Sequence record: PP430145.1
Length of the DNA: 4,183 bases
Reading direction: 5' to 3' (one strand)
Source: Enterobacteria phage FrSangria
The position numbers and the translations under genes were made by a program. Under the pieces are notes generated by a model. It ran no database searches. It was not told the DNA's origin and was given only the letters and a program-made list of their open reading frames with translations. This document shows, piece after piece, positions 1-4,183 of the stretch; the stretch's first letter is position 1; each line of letters starts with the position of its first letter.

Positions 1-49
1 TTAGGGGGTCACCTCACACAGCAGTATTTCACTGAGTATAAGAGGACAT
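1..49 (+). other. 5' untranslated leader (partial); 2-10 'TAGGGGGTC' looks like the 3' half of the Qβ 5'-terminal hairpin whose G-rich 5' partner lies outside the window
   Basis: Non-coding sequence upstream of the first ATG at 50. As I recall it, the Qβ genome begins GGGGACCCCCUUUAGGGGGUCACC..., and the window starts inside that sequence. Confidence 0.7.
39..46 (+). promoter_or_regulatory. Shine-Dalgarno region of the maturation gene (TAAGAGGA, 3-nt spacer to ATG at 50)
   Basis: Purine-rich GAGGA at 42-46 lies directly upstream of the ATG at 50-52. Confidence 0.6.
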
Positions 50-1312
50 ATGCCTAAATTACCACGTGGTCTGCGTTTCGGAGCCGATAATGAAATTCTT
101 AATGATTTTCAGGAGCTCTGGTTTCCAGACCTCTTTATCGAATCTTCCGACACACACCCGTGGTACACACTGAAAGGCCGTGTGTTGAATGCCCATCTTG
201 ATGATCGCTTACCTAATGTAAGCGGTCGCCAGGTTAGGCGAACTCCACATCGTGTTACTGTTCCGATTGCCTCTTCAGGCCTTCGTCCAGTAACAACCGT
301 TCAGTATGATCCCACAGCACTATCGTTCTTATTGAACGCTCGTGTTGATTGGGATTTCGGTAATGGCGACAGTGCGAACCTTGTCATTAATGACTTTTTG
401 TTTCGCACCTTCGCGCCTAAGGAGTTCGATTTCTCGAATTCCTTAGTTCCTCGTTATAACCAGGCCTTCTCCGCTTTTAATGCCAAATATGGCACTATGA
501 TCGGTGAAGGGCTCGAGACTATAAAATATCTCGGGCTTTTACTGCGCAGACTGCGTGAGGGTTACCGCGCTGTGAAGCGTGGCGATTTACGTGCTCTTCG
601 CAGGGTTATCCAGACTTACCATAAAGGTAAATGGAAACCGACTACTGCTGGTAATCTCTGGCTCGAATTTCGTTATGGCCTTATGCCGCTCTTCTATGAC
701 ATCAGAGATGTCATGTTAGACTGGCAGAAACGTCATGATAAGATTCAACGCCTCCTCCGGTTTTCAGTTGGTCACGGCGAGGACTATGTTGTCGAATTTG
801 ACAACTTATATCCTGCTGTTACCTACTTTAAACTGAAAGGTGAGATTACACTCGAACGCCGTCATCGTCACGGCATATCTTACGCTAATCGCGAAGGATA
901 TGCTGTTTTCGATAACGGTTCCCTTCGGCCTGTGTCCGATTGGAAGGAACTTGCCACCGCATTCATCAATCCGCACGAGGTTGCATGGGAGTTAACTCCC
1001 TACAGTTTCGTTGTCGATTGGTTCTTGAATGTCGGTGACATACTTGCTCAGCAAGGTCAGCTATATCATAATATCGATATTGTAGACGGTTACGACAGAC
1101 GTGACATTCGCCTCAAATCTTTCACTATAAAAGGTGAACGAAATGGGCGACCTGTCAACGTTTCTGCCGACCTATCTGCTGTCGATACATTTTATAGTCG
1201 ACTTCATACTAGCAAGCTTCCGTTCGCTACACTCGATCTCGATACTACCTTCAGTTCGTATAAACACGTTCTTGATAGTATCTTTCTATTAACCCAACGC
1301 ATTAAGCGTTGA
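50..1312 (+). CDS. A2: Maturation protein A2 (pilus attachment protein; in Qβ-like phages also the lysis protein, inhibiting MurA)
   Basis: A 420-aa ORF from ATG 50 to TGA 1310-1312. The translation MPKLPRGLRFGADNEILNDFQELWFPDLFIESSDTHPWYTLKGRVLNAHLDD... agrees closely with Qβ A2 as I recall it. First gene in the order and the expected size for a Qubevirus maturation protein. Confidence 0.93.
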   Translation: MPKLPRGLRFGADNEILNDFQELWFPDLFIESSDTHPWYTLKGRVLNAHLDDRLPNVSGRQVRRTPHRVTVPIASSGLRPVTTVQYDPTALSFLLNARVDWDFGNGDSANLVINDFLFRTFAPKEFDFSNSLVPRYNQAFSAFNAKYGTMIGEGLETIKYLGLLLRRLREGYRAVKRGDLRALRRVIQTYHKGKWKPTTAGNLWLEFRYGLMPLFYDIRDVMLDWQKRHDKIQRLLRFSVGHGEDYVVEFDNLYPAVTYFKLKGEITLERRHRHGISYANREGYAVFDNGSLRPVSDWKELATAFINPHEVAWELTPYSFVVDWFLNVGDILAQQGQLYHNIDIVDGYDRRDIRLKSFTIKGERNGRPVNVSADLSAVDTFYSRLHTSKLPFATLDLDTTFSSYKHVLDSIFLLTQRIKR

Positions 1313-1332
1313 AACTTTGGGTCAATTTGATC

Positions 1333-1734
1333 ATGGCAAAATTAGAGACTGTTACTTTAAGTAACATCGGGAAAGATGGAAAACAAAATCTGGTCCTCAA
1401 TCCGCGTGGGGTAAATCCCACTAACGGTGTTGCCGCGCTTTCACAAGCGGGTGCAGTTCCTGCGCTGGAGAAGCGTGTTACCATTTCGGTATCTCAGCCT
1501 TCTCGCAACCGTAAGAACTACAAAGTCCAGGTTAAGATCCAGAACCCGACCGCTTGCGCTGCAAACGGTTCTTGTGACCCATCCGTTACTCGCCAGGCGT
1601 ATGCTGACGTGACCTTTTCGTTCACGCAGTATAGTACCGATGAGGAACGAGCTTTCGTTCGTACAGAGCTTGCTGCTCTGCTCGCTAGTCCTCTGTTGAT
1701 CGATGCTATCGATCAGTTGAATCCAGCGTATTGA
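1333..1734 (+). CDS. cp: Major coat (capsid) protein, 133 aa
   Basis: ATG at 1333 gives MAKLETVTLSNIGKDGKQNLVLNPRGVNPTNGV...LLIDAIDQLNPAY, ending at TGA 1732-1734. This is near-identical to the Qβ coat protein. The ORF track's start at 1309 is a TTG upstream of the real ATG and overlaps the A2 stop. Confidence 0.95.
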   Translation: MAKLETVTLSNIGKDGKQNLVLNPRGVNPTNGVAALSQAGAVPALEKRVTISVSQPSRNRKNYKVQVKIQNPTACAANGSCDPSVTRQAYADVTFSFTQYSTDEERAFVRTELAALLASPLLIDAIDQLNPAY

Positions 1735-2325
1735 ACGTTGCTCATTGCCGGTGGTGGCTCAGGGTCCAACCCCGATCCGGTTATCACTCCGGATCCACCG
1801 ATTGATCCGCCGCCAGGGACAGGTAAGTATACCTGTCCTTTCGCAATTTGGTCCTTAGAAGAGGTTTACGAGCCTCCTACTAAGAACCGACCGTGGCCTA
1901 TCTATAATGCTGTTGAACTCCAGCCTCGCAAATTTGATGTTGCCCTTAAAGATCTTTTGGGCAATACAAAATGGCGCGACTGGGATTCTCGGCTTAGTTA
2001 TACCACGTTCCGCGGTTGCCGTGGCAACGGTTACATTGACCTTGACGCGACTTATCTTGCTACTGATCAGGCTATGCGTGATCAGAAGTACGATATTCGC
2101 GAGGGCAAGAAACCTGGTGCTTTCGGTAACATTGAGCGATTCATTTATCTTAAGTCGATAAATGCTTATTGCTCTCTTAGCGATATTGCGGCCTATCACG
2201 CCGATGGTGTGATAGTTGGCTTTTGGCGCGATCCATCTAGTGGTGGTGCCATACCGTTTGACTTCACTAAGTTTGATAAGACTAAATGTCCTATTCAAGC
2301 CGTGATAGTCGTTCCTCGTGCTTAG
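1333..2325 (+). CDS. A1: A1 read-through minor capsid protein (coat domain plus C-terminal extension made by UGA suppression)
   Basis: The frame stays open from the coat UGA to the tandem stops TAG/TAA at 2323-2328. The extension ...GGGSGSNPDPVITPDPPIDPPPGTGKYTCPFAIWSLEEVYEPP...CPIQAVIVVPRA agrees with the Qβ A1 read-through domain as I recall it, including the Gly/Pro-rich hinge. Confidence 0.9.
1732..1734 (+). promoter_or_regulatory. Leaky UGA stop codon of the coat gene (programmed translational read-through site)
   Basis: The TGA at 1732-1734 is followed in the same frame by 591 nt with no stop until TAG-TAA at 2323-2328. In Qβ a low percentage of ribosomes read this UGA as Trp, producing A1. 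Confidence 0.9.
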
Positions 2326-2330
2326 TAACT

Positions 2331-2335
2331 AAGGA
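2331..2335 (+). promoter_or_regulatory. Shine-Dalgarno (AAGGA) for the replicase gene, 8-nt spacer to ATG at 2344
   Basis: The sequence TAACTAAGGATGAAATGCATG places AAGGA at 2331-2335, upstream of the replicase start codon. Confidence 0.6.
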
Positions 2336-2339
2336 TGAA

Positions 2340-2359
2340 ATGCATGTCTAAGACAGCAT
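2340..2359 (+). promoter_or_regulatory. Translational operator hairpin (coat-protein binding site) containing the replicase start codon
   Basis: AUGCAUGUCUAAGACAGCAU folds as an 8-bp stem (2340-2343/2356-2359 and 2345-2348/2352-2355) with a bulged A at 2344 and a 3-nt loop UAA (2349-2351). The replicase AUG (2344-2346) sits in the stem. This matches the Qβ coat-protein operator architecture. Confidence 0.85.
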
Positions 2360-4113
2360 CTTCGCATAACTCTCCTAGCGCACAATTGCGCCGAGCTGCG
2401 AACACAAGAATTGAGGTAGAAGGTAACCTCGCACTTTCCATTGCCAACGATCTATTGTTGGCTTATGGTCAATCGCCATTTAGCTCCGAAGCCGAGTGTA
2501 TTTCATTCAGCCCGAGATTCGACGGGACCCCGGATGACTTTAGGATAAATTATCTTAAAGCCGAGATCATGTCGAAGTATGGCGATTTCAGCCTAGGTAT
2601 TGATACCGAAGCTGCTGCCTGGGAAAAGTTCCTGGCAGCAGAGGCTGAATGTGCTTTAACGAACGCTCGCCTCTATAGACCTGACTACAGTGAGGATTTC
2701 AATTTCTCACTGGGTGAGTCATGTATCCACATGGCTCGCAGAAAAATAGCCAAGTTAATAGGAGACGCGCCGTCCATTGAGGGTATGTTGCGTCACTGCC
2801 GATTTTCTGGCGGTGCCACAACAACGAATAACCGTTCGTACGGTCATCCGTCCTTCAAGTTTGCGCTTCCACAAGCGTGTACGCCTCGGGCTTTGAAGTA
2901 TGTTTTGGCTCTTAGAGCTTCTACACACTTCGATATCAGAGTTTCTGATATTAGCCCTTTTAATAAAGCAGTTACTGTACCTAAGAACAGTAAGACTGAT
3001 CGTTGTATTGCTATCGAGCCCGGTTGGAATATGTTTTTTCAACTAGGCGTTGGTGGCATTTTACGCGACCGGTTGCGTTGCTGGGGTATCGATCTGAATG
3101 ATCAGACGATAAATCAGCGTCGCGCTCACGAAGGCTCTGTCACTAATAACTTAGCGACGGTTGATCTCTCAGCGGCAAGCGATTCTATATCTCTTGCTCT
3201 CTGTGAGCTCTTATTGCCCCCAGGTTGGTTTGAAGTCCTTATGGACCTCAGATCACCGAAAGGGCGGTTGCCTGACGGTAGTGTTGTTACCTACGAGAAA
3301 ATATCCTCTATGGGTAACGGATACACATTCGAGCTTGAGTCGCTTATTTTTGCTTCTCTTGCCCGTTCCGTTTGTGAGATACTGGACTTAGACTCGTCTG
3401 AGGTTACTGTTTACGGAGACGATATTATTTTACCGTCCTGTGCAGTACCTGCCCTTCAGGAAGTTTTTAAGTATGTTGGTTTTACCACCAATACTAAAAA
3501 GACTTTCTCCGAGGGGCCGTTCAGAGAGTCGTGCGGTAAGCACTACTATTCTGGCGTAGATGTTACTCCCTTTTACATACGTCACCGTATAGTGAGCCCT
3601 GCCGATTTGATATTGGTTTTGAATAACCTATATCGGTGGGCCACAATTGATGGCGTATGGGATCCTAGGGCCTATTCCGTTTACCTCAAGTATCGTAAGT
3701 TGTTGCCTAAACAGCTGCAACGTAATACTATACCTGATGGTTACGGTGATGGAGCCCTCGTCGGATCGGTCTTGATCAATCCTTTCGCGAAAAACCGCGG
3801 GTGGATCCGGTATGTACCGGTGATCATAGACCATACAAGGGACCGAGAGCGCGTTGAATCGGGATCGTATCTCTACGATCTCTTTTCGCGTTGCTTCTCG
3901 GAAAGTAACGATGGGTTGCCTCTAAGGGGTCCGTCGAGTTGCGATTCTGTAAATCTGCTTGCTATCGACCAACTTATCTGCAGGAGCAATCCTACTAAGA
4001 TAAGCAGGTCTACTGGTAAGTTCGATATACAGTATATCGCGTGCAGTAGCCGTGTTCTGGCACCCTACGGGGTCTTCCAGGGCACGAAGGTTACATCTCT
4101 ACACGAGGTGTAA
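2344..4113 (+). CDS. rep: RNA-dependent RNA polymerase, replicase beta subunit (589 aa)
   Basis: ATG at 2344 gives MSKTASSHNSPSAQLRRAANTRIEVEGN..., ending at TAA 4111-4113. It contains the catalytic YGDD motif at 3412-3423 (VTVYGDDIILPS). The translation is near-identical to the Qβ replicase as I recall it. The ORF-track start at 2335 (MKCM...) is an in-frame upstream ATG and probably not the real start. Confidence 0.95.
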   Translation: MSKTASSHNSPSAQLRRAANTRIEVEGNLALSIANDLLLAYGQSPFSSEAECISFSPRFDGTPDDFRINYLKAEIMSKYGDFSLGIDTEAAAWEKFLAAEAECALTNARLYRPDYSEDFNFSLGESCIHMARRKIAKLIGDAPSIEGMLRHCRFSGGATTTNNRSYGHPSFKFALPQACTPRALKYVLALRASTHFDIRVSDISPFNKAVTVPKNSKTDRCIAIEPGWNMFFQLGVGGILRDRLRCWGIDLNDQTINQRRAHEGSVTNNLATVDLSAASDSISLALCELLLPPGWFEVLMDLRSPKGRLPDGSVVTYEKISSMGNGYTFELESLIFASLARSVCEILDLDSSEVTVYGDDIILPSCAVPALQEVFKYVGFTTNTKKTFSEGPFRESCGKHYYSGVDVTPFYIRHRIVSPADLILVLNNLYRWATIDGVWDPRAYSVYLKYRKLLPKQLQRNTIPDGYGDGALVGSVLINPFAKNRGWIRYVPVIIDHTRDRERVESGSYLYDLFSRCFSESNDGLPLRGPSSCDSVNLLAIDQLICRSNPTKISRSTGKFDIQYIACSSRVLAPYGVFQGTKVTSLHEV

Positions 4114-4183
4114 CCTGGGAGGGCGCCATTATGGCGCCTAATTGTGAATAAATTATCACAATTACTCTTATGAGTGAGAGAGG
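4114..4183 (+). other. 3' untranslated region (partial, 3' terminus missing) with two stem-loops
   Basis: Hairpin 1 at 4122-4138 is GGCGCCA-UUA-UGGCGCC (7-bp perfect stem, 3-nt loop). Hairpin 2 at 4140-4163 is AAUUGUGA-(AUAAAUUA)-UCACAAUU (8-bp stem). The window ends in ...GAGUGAGAGAGG, without the C-rich terminal segment and the CCA/CCCA end expected for a levivirus. Confidence 0.75.

Noticed and set aside
1309-1332. ORF-track extension of coat upstream to a TTG at 1309 (MKLWVNLIM-AKLET...)
   Set aside because: The authentic coat N-terminus is MAKLET from ATG 1333. The TTG at 1309 overlaps the A2 stop codon and is an artefact of permissive start-codon calling.
1302-1484. Minus-strand ORF of 60 aa overlapping the A2/coat junction
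   Set aside because: The genome is plus-sense ssRNA. The minus strand is a replication intermediate and is not translated, so the ORF is a chance open frame.
1427-1612. Plus-strand 61-aa ORF in an alternative frame inside the coat gene (very basic, Arg-rich)
   Set aside because: No SD, it lies inside the most heavily translated gene, and the composition reflects the alternate reading of coat codons. No hydrophobic segment suggests a lysis protein.
1855-2298. Minus-strand ORF of 147 aa antisense to the A1 read-through region
   Set aside because: Antisense to a coding region in an ssRNA phage, with no translation of the minus strand expected and no recognisable protein features.
2335-2343. 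Upstream in-frame ATG at 2335 (MKCMSKT...) as replicase start
   Set aside because: ATG 2335 overlaps the SD itself (AAGGATG). The Qβ replicase N-terminus is MSKTAS..., and the ATG at 2344 sits in the operator hairpin as expected.
2755-3042. Minus-strand ORF of 95 aa antisense to the replicase gene
   Set aside because: Same reasoning: antisense chance ORF in a plus-strand RNA phage.
3161-3391. Plus-strand 76-aa ORF in an alternative frame inside the replicase gene
   Set aside because: No ribosome-binding site and no known Qβ product from this region; most likely a chance ORF within the replicase coding sequence.
3628-3834. Minus-strand ORF of 68 aa antisense to the replicase gene
   Set aside because: Same reasoning: antisense chance ORF in a plus-strand RNA phage.
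1-4183. Possibility that the window encodes a novel or undescribed system such as a defence island or mobile element
   Set aside because: Every part of the window is accounted for by the canonical Qβ-type levivirus genome plan. There is no unexplained intergenic space, repeat array or foreign gene.

Overview
This window is a near-complete cDNA copy of the plus strand of a Qβ-like ssRNA coliphage (Leviviricetes, genus Qubevirus, formerly Allolevivirus), not a novel system. The gene order is the canonical one: a 5' leader (1-49), the maturation/lysis protein A2 (50-1312), coat protein (1333-1734), the A1 minor capsid protein made by read-through of the leaky coat UGA (1333-2325), and the replicase beta subunit (2344-4113), followed by a partial 3' UTR. 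All four proteins agree with Qβ proteins as I recall them, with scattered substitutions suggesting a strain or variant rather than the textbook isolate. Both termini appear truncated (about 11 nt missing at the 5' end and about 25-30 nt at the 3' end). Because the genome is plus-sense RNA, minus-strand ORFs in the track are not biologically meaningful. The features worth a second look are known Qβ biology (read-through, the operator hairpin at the replicase start, A2 acting as the lysis protein) plus the apparent divergence from the reference. All identity statements rest on recall of Qβ sequences and reading the window, not on a database search.
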